A stretch of DNA of 41,899 bases from an uncultured Ruminococcus sp. (GTDB taxonomy: Bacteria > Bacillota > Clostridia > Oscillospirales > SIG627): NCBI GenBank assembly GCA_902796545.1, contig CADBPF010000068.1, forward strand, positions 1 to 41,899, written 5' to 3'. Positions 28,281-37,678 of this stretch are shown in pieces. The position numbers and the translations under genes are program-made. Numbering within the stretch: position 1 is the stretch's first letter; every line of letters begins with the position of its first letter. The notes under the pieces were generated by a model that worked only from the letters and a program-made list of their open reading frames with translations, was not told the DNA's origin and searched no databases.

Positions 28281-29423
28281 ATGGCGACCGTTGCGTTTTT
28301 TGAGTGCTTGGACTATGCCGACCGCGCCGCCGTGCGCCGCGCGATCGACGGGATCTTTGAAGCCGCCGGCGGCGCGGAAGCGATTTTGGGACACGGCCGC
28401 CGCGTCGTCGTCAAACCGAACCTTGTGATGAAAAAAGAGCCGGAGGGCGGCGCGACCACGCACCCCGCGATCCTGGAAGCGGTGTTGGAAGTGGTTTTGC
28501 AATATACGAGCGACGTTTGCGTGGCGGAATGCCCCGGCGGGCTCGGAAACGACGCGGTGCTGGAATCGATCTATCGCGTGACCGGCATCCGCGCGGTCTG
28601 CGAAAAGCTCGGCGTGCCGATCGCGCGCGACCGCACAGCGATCAAGCTCGATTTCCCGCAAGGATACGCCGCGCACAGTCTGGATCTTTTGAAGGTCATG
28701 GCGGAGGCGGAGGTCTTTCTCAACCTCGGCAAATTGAAAAGCCACTCGCTCACCGGATTTACCGGCTGCGCCAAAAACCTCTACGGCGCGATCCCCGGGC
28801 TGTTTAAGGTGGAATACCACGCGCGCTATTCCGAGATCCGCACCTTCTGCGAGGTGGTGCTGGATCTGAATCGCGCGCTGCGCCCCGCGCTTTCCATTTT
28901 GGACGCCGTGATCGGCATGGAGGGCAACGGCCCGACCGGCGGGGAGCCGAAATTCATCGGCGGTATTTTAGGCTCCGTCGATCCCTTTGCCGTGGACGCG
29001 ATCGGCGCAAAGCTGATCGGCATCACCCAAGAAGAGGACGCGCCGATCCTGCGCGCCGCCGAAGAGCACGGGCTTTTGCCCGAAACCATAAACGTGGTCG
29101 GCGACGACTATCAAGCGCATATCCAAAGCGATTTTCGCCTGGCGGACGCCCAGCGCTTCAACGTGCTGCGCGATATGCCGAATCTCTTCGGCGGCAGGCT
29201 CAAACGCTTTTTGGAGCCGCACCCGGTGATCTCGAAACGCTGCGTCGGCTGCGGAGAGTGCGCACGCGTCTGCCCCGGCAAGGCGATCGAAATGAAAACG
29301 GTAAACGGCGCCGCCCGCCGCGCCCGGATCCGGAAACGCCAGTGCATCCGCTGTTATTGCTGTCAGGAGCTCTGTCCGCAAAAAGCGGTGGATACGAAAC
29401 AAAAGAGTTTTTTGAAATTGTGA
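28281..29423 (+). CDS. DUF362 domain protein with C-terminal 2x[4Fe-4S] ferredoxin domain
   Basis: DUF362-like core (VVKPNLV, LKSHSLTGFTGCAKNLYG, GMEGNGP). Two CxxCxxCxxxCP motifs (CVGCGECARVCP, CIRCYCCQELCP). Confidence 0.75.
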   Translation: MATVAFFECLDYADRAAVRRAIDGIFEAAGGAEAILGHGRRVVVKPNLVMKKEPEGGATTHPAILEAVLEVVLQYTSDVCVAECPGGLGNDAVLESIYRVTGIRAVCEKLGVPIARDRTAIKLDFPQGYAAHSLDLLKVMAEAEVFLNLGKLKSHSLTGFTGCAKNLYGAIPGLFKVEYHARYSEIRTFCEVVLDLNRALRPALSILDAVIGMEGNGPTGGEPKFIGGILGSVDPFAVDAIGAKLIGITQEEDAPILRAAEEHGLLPETINVVGDDYQAHIQSDFRLADAQRFNVLRDMPNLFGGRLKRFLEPHPVISKRCVGCGECARVCPGKAIEMKTVNGAARRARIRKRQCIRCYCCQELCPQKAVDTKQKSFLKL

Positions 29424-30280
29424 TGCAAACGCTCACCCTGCGCGCAAGCGCCAAGCTCAATCTCACGCTCGCGGTCGGAGAACGGATGCCCGACGGGTAT
29501 CATCCGATCCGTTCGGTCATGCAGAAAATCTCCCTGTTCGATACCCTGGAATTTACGCGGTCCGAAGAAACGCGCATGGTCTCGGATTTGAGTTATCTGC
29601 CCTCGGACGAGCGCAATCTGTGCGTGCGCGCGGTAAACGAATACCGCCGCCTTACGGGAAAGGACGCGAATCTTTCGATCCGCGTGCAAAAAAAGATCCC
29701 GGTCGGCGCGGGGCTCGGCGGCGGAAGCGCCGACGCGGCGGCGACGATCCGCGCGCTGGAAGCCTTTTTCGGGGCGCTGGACGAGGATACGCGTCAACGT
29801 CTCGCGCGATCGCTCGGCGCGGACGTGCCGTTTTGCCTGCATCCCTGCAACACGGCGTTATGCGAGGGCGTGGGCGAGCGCATCACCCCGGTCGAAAACC
29901 GGATCAAAAACGCGCATCTCTTGCTTTATAAAGAAGGGCGCAAAGCCTCCACCGCCCGCGTGTACGCGGCGTTTGACGCGCTGGATCCCGTTAGCTCGGA
30001 TCCGACGGACGCCGTGATCGGCGCGCTTGAGCGCGGCGACGCGGACGCGCTTTGCGATTGCCTGTTCAACGACCTTACGCGCGCCCTGGAAAGCCTGGGG
30101 CAGCCGGTCGGGGCGATCCGGAAGCGGATGACGGATCTCGGCGCGCGCGGCGCGCTGATGAGCGGCGCGGGGCCCACGGTGTACGGCGTTTTTACAGACG
30201 TAAACGCGTTGGAGCAGGCGCGGGCAAAGCTTTCCGGAAGCCCGGACGCGTTTTGCGCGCCGGCGCATTTTTTGCTCTGA
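29423..30280 (+). CDS. ispE: 4-diphosphocytidyl-2-C-methyl-D-erythritol kinase
   Basis: ATG at 29423 gives MQTLTLRASAKLNLTLAVGERMPDGYHPIRSVMQ. GHMP kinase motif KKIPVGAGLGGGSADAAA. The ORF-track start at 29258 lies inside the previous gene. Confidence 0.92.
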   Translation: MQTLTLRASAKLNLTLAVGERMPDGYHPIRSVMQKISLFDTLEFTRSEETRMVSDLSYLPSDERNLCVRAVNEYRRLTGKDANLSIRVQKKIPVGAGLGGGSADAAATIRALEAFFGALDEDTRQRLARSLGADVPFCLHPCNTALCEGVGERITPVENRIKNAHLLLYKEGRKASTARVYAAFDALDPVSSDPTDAVIGALERGDADALCDCLFNDLTRALESLGQPVGAIRKRMTDLGARGALMSGAGPTVYGVFTDVNALEQARAKLSGSPDAFCAPAHFLL

Positions 30281-30309
30281 AAGCGCATAAGAAAAACGAA
30301 AACGACCGA

Positions 30310-30350
30310 CCCTCCTTTTGCCGGGAAACCCGGCGCAAAGGAGGGTTTTT
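30310..30350 (+). terminator. Rho-independent terminator after ispE; its 3' arm contains the spoIIR Shine-Dalgarno sequence
   Basis: CCCTCCTTTTGCCGGG (30310-30325), AAA loop, then CCCGGCGCAAAGGAGGG (30329-30345). That is 9 bp + 6 bp around a small internal loop, followed by TTTTT and immediately by the ATG at 30351. Confidence 0.7.
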
Positions 30351-30980
30351 ATGTTCGATGCCAAAACCGCGTTCCGGAAAAAAGCGTGCGCGGTGTTCGC
30401 GTTTGTCTGCGCGGCGTTTTTATTGGTCAGCGTGTTTTTGCCCTTGAAGGGCAGGGCGCGGATCACCTCGTCCGTTCTGCGCTTTCACGTGGTCGCCGAT
30501 TCCGACGCGCCCGAGGATCAGGAGCTCAAAGAGGATCTGCGCGCTTCGGTGCTGGACTGGACAAAGGAGGGGCTGAGCGCCTGCCGCAGCGTCACGCAGG
30601 CGCAGGCGTATCTGGAGGAAAACCGCCCCGTGCTGGAGCGGAAGATCGACGCGTTTTTATCGGAACGCGGCGCGCCGTACGGCGCCTTGCTTTTCATCGG
30701 CACGGAATACCACGCCGCGAAGACCTACGACGAGATCACCCTGCCGCAGGGGGAGTATCTCACCTTCCGGATCACGCTCGGCCGCGGAGAGGGGCATAAT
30801 TTCTTTTGCGTGCTGTTCCCGCCGATCTGTCAGAACGCCGCGCGCCGGGAAACGAACGGCGAGGTCTTGATGCAATACGGTTTTTCCTCAGACGAGGTGC
30901 GTCGGTTGGAGGACGGCGGCGGGGTGAAATACCGCTTTTTCCTCTGGGATCTGATCTGCGGGCTTTTCGAAGATCGGTAG
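30351..30980 (+). CDS. spoIIR: Stage II sporulation protein R
   Basis: Signal/TM segment followed by LRFHVVADSDAPEDQELKEDLRASVL (SpoIIR signature, LR-HV-A-SD), ending in the conserved FPP..C region. Confidence 0.88.
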   Translation: MFDAKTAFRKKACAVFAFVCAAFLLVSVFLPLKGRARITSSVLRFHVVADSDAPEDQELKEDLRASVLDWTKEGLSACRSVTQAQAYLEENRPVLERKIDAFLSERGAPYGALLFIGTEYHAAKTYDEITLPQGEYLTFRITLGRGEGHNFFCVLFPPICQNAARRETNGEVLMQYGFSSDEVRRLEDGGGVKYRFFLWDLICGLFEDR

Positions 30981-31015
30981 GCGTTTTTTGGAAATAAGAA
31001 GTTTCCCGCGGGTAC

Positions 31016-31044
31016 TTGCATTTTTCGTTCGTTGGTGTTATAAT
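31016..31044 (+). promoter_or_regulatory. Strong sigma-A-type promoter (TTGCAT-17 nt-TGtTATAAT, extended -10)
   Basis: -35 TTGCAT at 31016-31021, 17-nt spacer, TG at 31036-31037, TATAAT at 31039-31044. About 33 nt upstream of GGAGGA plus the ATG at 31078. Confidence 0.65.
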
Positions 31045-31077
31045 TACCCGGTAAAGTAGGAATCTGGAGGAAACTCG

Positions 31078-31890
31078 ATGAAAATCGCGGTCAACGGCTG
31101 GGCGATTTCGGACGCCATCGGTTTTGAGGAAACCTTTCAAGCGGTGAAAGCCGCCGGGTACGACGGGATCGAACTGGATCTGGACGCGTCCGGCGCGCAT
31201 AGTTTAACCATGGATATGACGGATCGGGACTGCGAAAGAATCGCGGAATTGAGCCGCAAGATCGGGCTTCCCGTGTTCAGCGTCGCGACCTCGATCTCCG
31301 GCGAGATGGGCTCGGACGACGCAAAAAAAGTCGCAAACGCGAAAGCCGTTTTGCTCAAGCAATTGCGCTTTGCCGAGATCCTCGGAGCAAGCGCGATCCT
31401 GACCGCGCCCGGCTTCGGGAACACCGACTGGGGCAAGGCGCACGAGAATCTGATTTGTGCGTTTCGGGAATTGAAGGACGAGATCGACGCTTACGGCATT
31501 AAAATCGGCATCGAGCACGTCTGGAACGGATTTTTCCTCTCCCCGCGCGATCTTGCCTATACGATCGATCGGATCGCAAATCCCCTGGTCGGCGTGTATT
31601 ACGACGTTGCCAACTGCGCGGATCGCTCCAAAAGCGAGGACTGGATCCGCTTTTTGGGCAAACGCATCACGCGGATGCACATCAAGAATTTTGACCGCAA
31701 GAGCGTGTTCGAGTTTTCTTTCCCGCCCTTATACGAACGCGGCACGATCGACTGGGCGCCGGTGAACCGGGCGCTTGCCGAGATCGGCTATCAGGACGCG
31801 ATCACCGCGGAATTCGGAGCCCCCGAGGGAGATCCGAGCGAAAAATTATCGCGTTCGTATCAGGCGATCACCGAAATTTTACAAGCATAA
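31078..31890 (+). CDS. Sugar phosphate isomerase/epimerase (xylose isomerase-like TIM barrel)
   Basis: 270 aa with the typical pattern AAGYDGIELD ... GIKIGIEH ... YYDVANC ... HIKNF. Confidence 0.75.
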   Translation: MKIAVNGWAISDAIGFEETFQAVKAAGYDGIELDLDASGAHSLTMDMTDRDCERIAELSRKIGLPVFSVATSISGEMGSDDAKKVANAKAVLLKQLRFAEILGASAILTAPGFGNTDWGKAHENLICAFRELKDEIDAYGIKIGIEHVWNGFFLSPRDLAYTIDRIANPLVGVYYDVANCADRSKSEDWIRFLGKRITRMHIKNFDRKSVFEFSFPPLYERGTIDWAPVNRALAEIGYQDAITAEFGAPEGDPSEKLSRSYQAITEILQA

Positions 31891-31908
31891 CCGCAGGAGG
31901 GTATCAGC

Positions 31909-33468
31909 GTGAAAAACTGGAAAAAGCACCTTCTTTTGATCCTGGCGTTTTGCCTTGTGCTCTTCGCTTTCGCGTCCTGCAAACCCGGGAATCAGCGCAA
32001 TTACGAAGAGGACGAAGACGATTACGTCGAGGTCGAAGCAGACGACGACAACGAGGATACTTACGAGTTTGCGCGCTCTTTGATCCCCGAAGTCGATTTT
32101 GAGGGCCGTGAATTCCGGATCCTGATCTGCAAGAGCGTGAGCAATTTCGACGTGCAGAACGGCGACCTTTCGCGTAACGTCGTCGCCAAGGGACAGATCG
32201 GCGTGGAGATCAACGACCAGGTCTATAACCGCAACCTGTATCTCGAAAAGAAGCTCGGCATCACGATCCGCGCCTATGAAAAACCCTTCCGCGCCGTGGC
32301 GGACGAGTTGAAGGCGAGCATTCTCGCTATGGACGACCGCTACGATATCTGCTACACCCGTCTGGACGATCTGACCCCGCTTGCGAGCGAGGGCTTGCTC
32401 GTGAACCTGTACGAACTGGAAGAATACGGCGTGGACTTCTCGCGTCCCTGGTGGGATCAGAACTCCATCGACGAATTGTCGATCCAGGGCGAATTGTTCT
32501 TCGCGGTGTCCGACGGAGATATCGTCGATAAGCAGACCACCATGGCCTGTATGTTCAATAAGTCTCTGATGGACGAGCATCGCATCGAATATCCTTACGA
32601 GACCGCTTCGGCGGGCGAGTGGACGATCGATCTGATGATGGACATGGCAAACCAGGTCAAGAAGGACGCGGACGGCAACGGCATTTATAACGCGTCCGAC
32701 GTCTGGGGCGTGCTCACCGAGTACGACTCCGCCACCTGTTTCTACTACGCCTTCGGCGGCTACGTGACCACGAAGAACAACGCCGACGAGCCGGTGCTCG
32801 CCATGCAGAACCCGGCGGCGCAGATCGCGATCGACAAGGCCCTGTCCGTGATGCAGAATAACGACGTCGTTTATAAGGCCGAACAGATCACGGGCGGTAC
32901 GGACGGGATCTGGGTCACCGCGAGTAATATGTTCGTCAACAACCAGGCGCTGTTCCGGATCACGAACCTGACCACCGTGGAACGCTGGCGGAACATGAAG
33001 GCGGACTTCGGGATCCTGCCCATGCCCAAGCTCAACACCGAACAGAAGAATTACGTTCATCTGTGCAAGAACGGCGCGACCGGCGTTTGCGTGCCGAACA
33101 CCAACGAGAATTTAGACTTCACGGCGATCTGTCTGGAAGCGTTCGTTTCCTGCTCGCGCTACACCTTGCGCAGCGCCTACTACGAAACGACCCTCGAGGG
33201 CATGGTCTCCCGCGATTTAGAGACCCCGAAGATGCTCGATATCATCTTCTCGACCCGCGCGTTCGACCTCGGTTACATCTTCAATTTCGGGCACGACGGC
33301 TCGATCTCCCAGGGTGAAACGAACGGCACGGGCATCGGGTATCTGTTGATGAAGCTTGCCCGCTCCAACAGCACCGCGTTCGCCTCCTCCTACGACTCGA
33401 TCAAGGATAAGGCGCAGGCGCAGATCGACGATATGCTTTCCACCTTGGAGCGCAGCAGAGAAGTCTGA
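31909..33468 (+). CDS. Extracellular solute-binding lipoprotein (large ABC-type sugar-binding family), GTG start
   Basis: MKNWKKHLLLILAFCLVLFAFASC lipoprotein signal with lipobox FASC. The 519-aa size and composition fit family-1 SBPs. No permease or ATPase genes are adjacent. Confidence 0.7.
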   Translation: MKNWKKHLLLILAFCLVLFAFASCKPGNQRNYEEDEDDYVEVEADDDNEDTYEFARSLIPEVDFEGREFRILICKSVSNFDVQNGDLSRNVVAKGQIGVEINDQVYNRNLYLEKKLGITIRAYEKPFRAVADELKASILAMDDRYDICYTRLDDLTPLASEGLLVNLYELEEYGVDFSRPWWDQNSIDELSIQGELFFAVSDGDIVDKQTTMACMFNKSLMDEHRIEYPYETASAGEWTIDLMMDMANQVKKDADGNGIYNASDVWGVLTEYDSATCFYYAFGGYVTTKNNADEPVLAMQNPAAQIAIDKALSVMQNNDVVYKAEQITGGTDGIWVTASNMFVNNQALFRITNLTTVERWRNMKADFGILPMPKLNTEQKNYVHLCKNGATGVCVPNTNENLDFTAICLEAFVSCSRYTLRSAYYETTLEGMVSRDLETPKMLDIIFSTRAFDLGYIFNFGHDGSISQGETNGTGIGYLLMKLARSNSTAFASSYDSIKDKAQAQIDDMLSTLERSREV

Positions 33469-33477
33469 ACCGACAAG

Positions 33478-33696
33478 TGAATAACGCGAGGAACGGGCAG
33501 CCGGATCTGATTTTCCACAGCTACAGAGAGGCCGGGCGCTGAGAGCGGCCGCTGTGTCGGATCACGGCATTTCACCCGGGAGCGGCGCGGAGGATAAGTC
33601 CGCGACGGGCGCCCGCCGAAACCGGGAAATGAAGAAAAAATAAGGGTGGTACCGCGATCATTCGCCCCTGTATGCAAATACGGGGGCGTTTTTTTA
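33478..33696 (+). promoter_or_regulatory. T-box riboswitch leader, Phe specifier (UUC), controlling pheST
   Basis: AGAGAG element near 33525. Candidate specifier TTC followed by A at 33571-33574. Canonical T-box sequence GGGTGGTACCGCG at 33644-33656. 10-bp terminator hairpin 33663-33688 followed by T7 (33689-33695), 19 nt before the pheS ATG. Confidence 0.88.
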
Positions 33697-33714
33697 CACA
33701 AAGGAGAAGAATCC

Positions 33715-34737
33715 ATGAAAGAAAAATTGATGCGTTTACAGGCGGAACTGGAAGAAAAACTCTCCCGCGCCGCCACGCCGGACGCCGTGGAGGAGCTGCG
33801 GGTCCGCTACCTCGGCAAAAAAGGGCAACTGACCGACATTCTGCACAGTATGGGCAGTCTGTCCCCGGAAGAGCGCCCCGTGATCGGCGAGCTTGCCAAT
33901 CGCGTCAGAGGAGCGATCACCGAGGCGATCAATCAGAAAAAGGCGTCCTTTGAGCGCGCCCTGCGCCAAAAGAAGCTGGAGGCGGAAACGCTCGATATCA
34001 CCGCGCCCTCCGAGCAGATCCCCGAGGGCGGCAGGCATCCGATCGCGCTCGTGCAGGAGGAGATCGAACGGATCTTCATTTCCATGGGCTTTACCGTGGA
34101 GGACGGGCCGGAGATCGAAACGGATCACTATAATTTCACCGCGCTCAACACGCCCGCGGATCACCCCGCGCGCGACACGCAGGACACCTTTTATATCACC
34201 GACGACGTGCTTTTGCGCACGCAGACCTCTCCGGTGCAGATCCGCGTGATGGAGAAAACGCGCCCGCCGATCCGCATGATCTGTCCGGGGCGCGTGTATC
34301 GCTCCGACGCGGTGGACGCCACCCACTCGCCCATGTTCCATCAGATCGAGGGTCTGGTCGTCGATCGCGGCATCACGATGGGCGATCTGAAAGGCACCTT
34401 GGATCTTTTCGCGCAGAAAATGTTCGGCGCGCAGACCAAAACGCGCTTTCGCCCGCATCATTTCCCCTTCACCGAGCCGAGCGCGGAGGTGGACGTTTCC
34501 TGCTTCGTCTGCGGCGGCGACGGTTGTTCCTTGTGTAAAAAAGAAGGCTGGATCGAGATCCTCGGCGCGGGCATGGTGCATCCGAACGTGCTGCGCGGCT
34601 GCGGGCTGGATCCGGAGGTCTATACCGGCTTTGCCTTCGGGCTCGGTCTGGAGCGTATCGTGATGGCGCGCTACGGCGTGAACGATATGCGTTATCTCTA
34701 TGAAAACGACGTCCGCTTCCTGCGGCAGTTCGCATAA
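33715..34737 (+). CDS. pheS: Phenylalanine--tRNA ligase alpha subunit
   Basis: ATG at 33715 with [44 protein letters not shown] motifs. The ORF-track start at 33646 lies inside the T-box. Confidence 0.97.
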   Translation: MKEKLMRLQAELEEKLSRAATPDAVEELRVRYLGKKGQLTDILHSMGSLSPEERPVIGELANRVRGAITEAINQKKASFERALRQKKLEAETLDITAPSEQIPEGGRHPIALVQEEIERIFISMGFTVEDGPEIETDHYNFTALNTPADHPARDTQDTFYITDDVLLRTQTSPVQIRVMEKTRPPIRMICPGRVYRSDAVDATHSPMFHQIEGLVVDRGITMGDLKGTLDLFAQKMFGAQTKTRFRPHHFPFTEPSAEVDVSCFVCGGDGCSLCKKEGWIEILGAGMVHPNVLRGCGLDPEVYTGFAFGLGLERIVMARYGVNDMRYLYENDVRFLRQFA

Positions 34738-34754
34738 ATAAGGAGGATCGGAAG

Positions 34755-37151
34755 ATGAAGCTGTCTTTACGGTTTTTGTCGGATTATGTCAAAAGCGAGT
34801 TTTACCGGGAACCGAAAAGCTATTGCGACCGCATGACCGCCACCGGATCCAAGGTGGAGGGCTATGAGCTCGCGGGCGAGGACGTTTTGAACGTCGTGAT
34901 CGCGAAGATCACGGAAGTCAAGCCCCATCCGGACGCGGATCGTTTGCAGATCTGCGCGGTCGATACCGGAAAAGAAACGATCCAGGTCGTCACCGCCGCG
35001 CAAAACGTGTTCGCGGGGGCGCTCGTTCCCGTCGCGCTCGACGGCGCGAGCCTGCCGGGCGGCGTGAAGATCCAAACGGGCAAGCTGCGCGGAGAAGTGA
35101 GCCAAGGAATGTTCTGCTCGATCGCGGAACTGGGTCTTACGATCCACGATATGCCGGGCGCCGCCGAGGACGGGATCCTGATCTTGCCGTCCGACGCGCC
35201 GATCGGGGAGGATATCCGCGATTATCTGCTCTTAAAAGACGTGATCGTCGAATTCGAGATCACCCCGAACCGCCCGGACTGCCTGTCCGTGATCGGACTT
35301 GCCAGAGAAACGGCGGCGTCCTTCGGGGTTCAAGCCTCGATCCCGACGCCGAAGGTTCGCGGCGGCGCGGGCAAAACGGGCGATCTGCTGCAGGTCTCGG
35401 TTAAAGCGCCGGATCTCTGCGAGCGGTATCTTGCGCGCGCGGTCAAGCACGTGAAGATCGAGCCCTCTCCCTTGTGGCTGAGATCCAAACTGCGGATGAT
35501 GGGCGTGCGCCCGATCAACAATTTAGTGGATATCACCAACCTCGTGATGCTCGAATACGGCCAGCCGATGCACGCGTTCGATTACCGCACCCTGCGCGGC
35601 AAGCAGATCGTCGTGCGCCGCGCCAAGCCGGGCGAGACCATGACGACGCTGGACGGCAACGAACATACTCTGAATCCCGAAATGCTCATGATCTGCGACG
35701 CCGTCGGTCCGGTCGGCGTGGCGGGCGTCATGGGCGGACTTGACAGCGAGATCCGCGACGATACCGACACCGTGATCTTTGAATCCGCGATCTTCTCCGG
35801 CGCCTCGATCCGCCACACCTCCCGCGCTTTGGGTCTGCGCACGGAATCGAGCGCGCGCTTTGAAAAGGGATTGGATCCCGAAACGAGCTTGCTTGCGATC
35901 AACCGCGCCTGCGAGCTGGTGGAGCTGCTCGGCGCGGGCGAGGTCTGCGACGATTGGATCGATTTCTATCCCGCGCCCCGCAAGCAGACGGTCCTGCCCG
36001 TCGAGGTGGAGCGCACGAACCGCTTTTTGGGTATCGAGATCGACCGGGCGCGCTTTGAGGAGATCCTGACTTCTCTGAATTTCGAGATCCGCGGCGATGA
36101 GGTTTGGGTGCCGCATTACCGTCAGGACGTGCAGGATTTTGCCGATCTCGCCGAGGAGATCGCCCGCATCTACGGTTACGATCACGTCCGCGCGAGCGCC
36201 TTTTCCGGCGCGGCGCAAGTCGGCGGCAGAAGCGAATTTGCCGAGTTTTTGCGCAAGGTCCACCGCGAATGCGTGGCTTTGGGCTTCTTTGAGATCCAGA
36301 CCTATTCCTTCATCAGCCCGAAGTTCTACGACGCGATCCTGTTGGATTCGGCGGATCCGCGCAAAAACAGCGTGCGCATCCGCAACCCGCTCGGCGAGGA
36401 CACCTCGATCATGCGCACGACGGCGATCCCCAGTATGCTCGACGCGCTCGGTCACAATTTCAGTTACCGCAATCCGCGCGCCTGTCTGTATGAAACGGCG
36501 CGGCTCTATCATCCGATCCCCGGCAGGGAATTGCCGCTCGAGGATCGCGCCGTGACCCTCGGCGCCTACGGAGATACGGACTTTTACGCGTTCAAGGGCT
36601 TATGCGAGGCGCTTTTGAACCGTCTGCTCGGCTGCGGCACGCCGAGAGAAAAGACCTATACGATCCGCCGCGCATCTTCCCCCTATCTGCATCCCGGCCG
36701 CAGCGCGGAGGTCTGGATCGGCGAAGAACGGATCGGTGAATTCGGGGAAGTGCATCCGGACGCCGCGCGCAATTTCGGGCTCAACACGAAAGCCTATCTT
36801 GCAAGCTTTTCGGCGGAACAGCTCTTTGCGCATCAGAAAGGCGCGCCGCACTTTGTCGCCCTGCCGCGTTTCCCCGCGATGACGCGCGACCTTTCGCTGA
36901 TCTGCGACGCTGCCCTTTCCGTCGGCGAGGTGGAAGACGTGATCGCGGCTTCCGCGGGCAAAAAGCTCGAGAGCCTGAAACTGTTCGATATCTACACGGG
37001 CTCCCAGATCCCCGAGGGCAAACGCGGGCTTTCCTTCACGCTGACCCTGCGCGACGCGGAAAAAACGCTGACCGACGAGGAAGCGGACCGCATCACCGCA
37101 AAGGCGCTCAAAGCCTTAAACGAACGCTTCGGCGTGACCCTGCGTTCTTAA
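34755..37151 (+). CDS. pheT: Phenylalanine--tRNA ligase beta subunit
   Basis: 798 aa with tRNA-binding domain (HPDADRLQICAVD), B3/4, B5 and FDX-ACB C-terminal domain. Confidence 0.97.
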   Translation: MKLSLRFLSDYVKSEFYREPKSYCDRMTATGSKVEGYELAGEDVLNVVIAKITEVKPHPDADRLQICAVDTGKETIQVVTAAQNVFAGALVPVALDGASLPGGVKIQTGKLRGEVSQGMFCSIAELGLTIHDMPGAAEDGILILPSDAPIGEDIRDYLLLKDVIVEFEITPNRPDCLSVIGLARETAASFGVQASIPTPKVRGGAGKTGDLLQVSVKAPDLCERYLARAVKHVKIEPSPLWLRSKLRMMGVRPINNLVDITNLVMLEYGQPMHAFDYRTLRGKQIVVRRAKPGETMTTLDGNEHTLNPEMLMICDAVGPVGVAGVMGGLDSEIRDDTDTVIFESAIFSGASIRHTSRALGLRTESSARFEKGLDPETSLLAINRACELVELLGAGEVCDDWIDFYPAPRKQTVLPVEVERTNRFLGIEIDRARFEEILTSLNFEIRGDEVWVPHYRQDVQDFADLAEEIARIYGYDHVRASAFSGAAQVGGRSEFAEFLRKVHRECVALGFFEIQTYSFISPKFYDAILLDSADPRKNSVRIRNPLGEDTSIMRTTAIPSMLDALGHNFSYRNPRACLYETARLYHPIPGRELPLEDRAVTLGAYGDTDFYAFKGLCEALLNRLLGCGTPREKTYTIRRASSPYLHPGRSAEVWIGEERIGEFGEVHPDAARNFGLNTKAYLASFSAEQLFAHQKGAPHFVALPRFPAMTRDLSLICDAALSVGEVEDVIAASAGKKLESLKLFDIYTGSQIPEGKRGLSFTLTLRDAEKTLTDEEADRITAKALKALNERFGVTLRS

Positions 37152-37163
37152 ACAACGAACGGC

Positions 37164-37197
37164 AAGGCGGCAGGACCAAAGGGTTTTGCCGCCTTGA
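37164..37197 (+). terminator. Putative terminator hairpin after pheT
   Basis: 10-bp perfect stem CAAGGCGGCA (37164-37173) / TGCCGCCTTG (37188-37197). The downstream T-tract is interrupted (ACTTTCGGGCTTTTT). The stem overlaps the -35 of the next promoter. Confidence 0.4.
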
Positions 37198-37222
37198 CTT
37201 TCGGGCTTTTTCCCGCTATAAT
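37195..37222 (+). promoter_or_regulatory. Sigma-A-type promoter (TTGACT-16 nt-TATAAT) for the nusB operon
   Basis: -35 at 37195-37200 and -10 at 37217-37222, about 37 nt upstream of the nusB ATG. Confidence 0.55.
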
Positions 37223-37258
37223 GAGGGCGTAAAAAGACATTGTCAAAGGATCGTGGTT

Positions 37259-37678
37259 ATGGCATATTCCAGACTCAAAGAACGGGAGACGGTTTTCCGT
37301 CTGCTTTTTATCGCGGAACACCAGCCGGAGCTCGGCGCGGACGAGCTTTTGGCGTTGAGCGAAGAAAGCGAGGAGACCGCGCTTCGCACGCCGTACGTAA
37401 CGGAGACCCTGCGCGGCGCGATGGACTTTGCGCCGCGCGCGACAAAGCTTGCGGCGAGCGCCTCGCGCGACTGGCGCGTGGAACGGATGTCGCCGGTACT
37501 GCGGGCTTTATTGAAGCTTTCGCTTTACGAGATGCTGGAAAACGACGCGATCCCCGTTAAGGTCGCGGCAAACGAGGCGGTCGAACTCTGTAAGCGTTAC
37601 GAGGACGAAAAAGCCGCCCGCTTCCTAAACGGGATCCTCGGCACGCTGTCCGCGGGCGGGCAAAACGGAAAACAATGA
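37259..37678 (+). CDS. nusB: Transcription antitermination factor NusB
   Basis: RETVFRLLF ..., LRALLKLSLYEML, AIPVKVAANEAVELCKRY, ARFLNGILG. The ATG at 37259 is 9 nt after AAAGGA. A GTG at 37253 is an alternative start. Confidence 0.88.
   Translation: MAYSRLKERETVFRLLFIAEHQPELGADELLALSEESEETALRTPYVTETLRGAMDFAPRATKLAASASRDWRVERMSPVLRALLKLSLYEMLENDAIPVKVAANEAVELCKRYEDEKAARFLNGILGTLSAGGQNGKQ

Noticed and set aside
30283-30310. GCATA at about 30286-30290 as the -35 of a sigma-F promoter for spoIIR
   Set aside because: No acceptable GGnnAnAnT-type -10 element is found at the expected 14-16 nt spacing. The match rests on 5 nt only.
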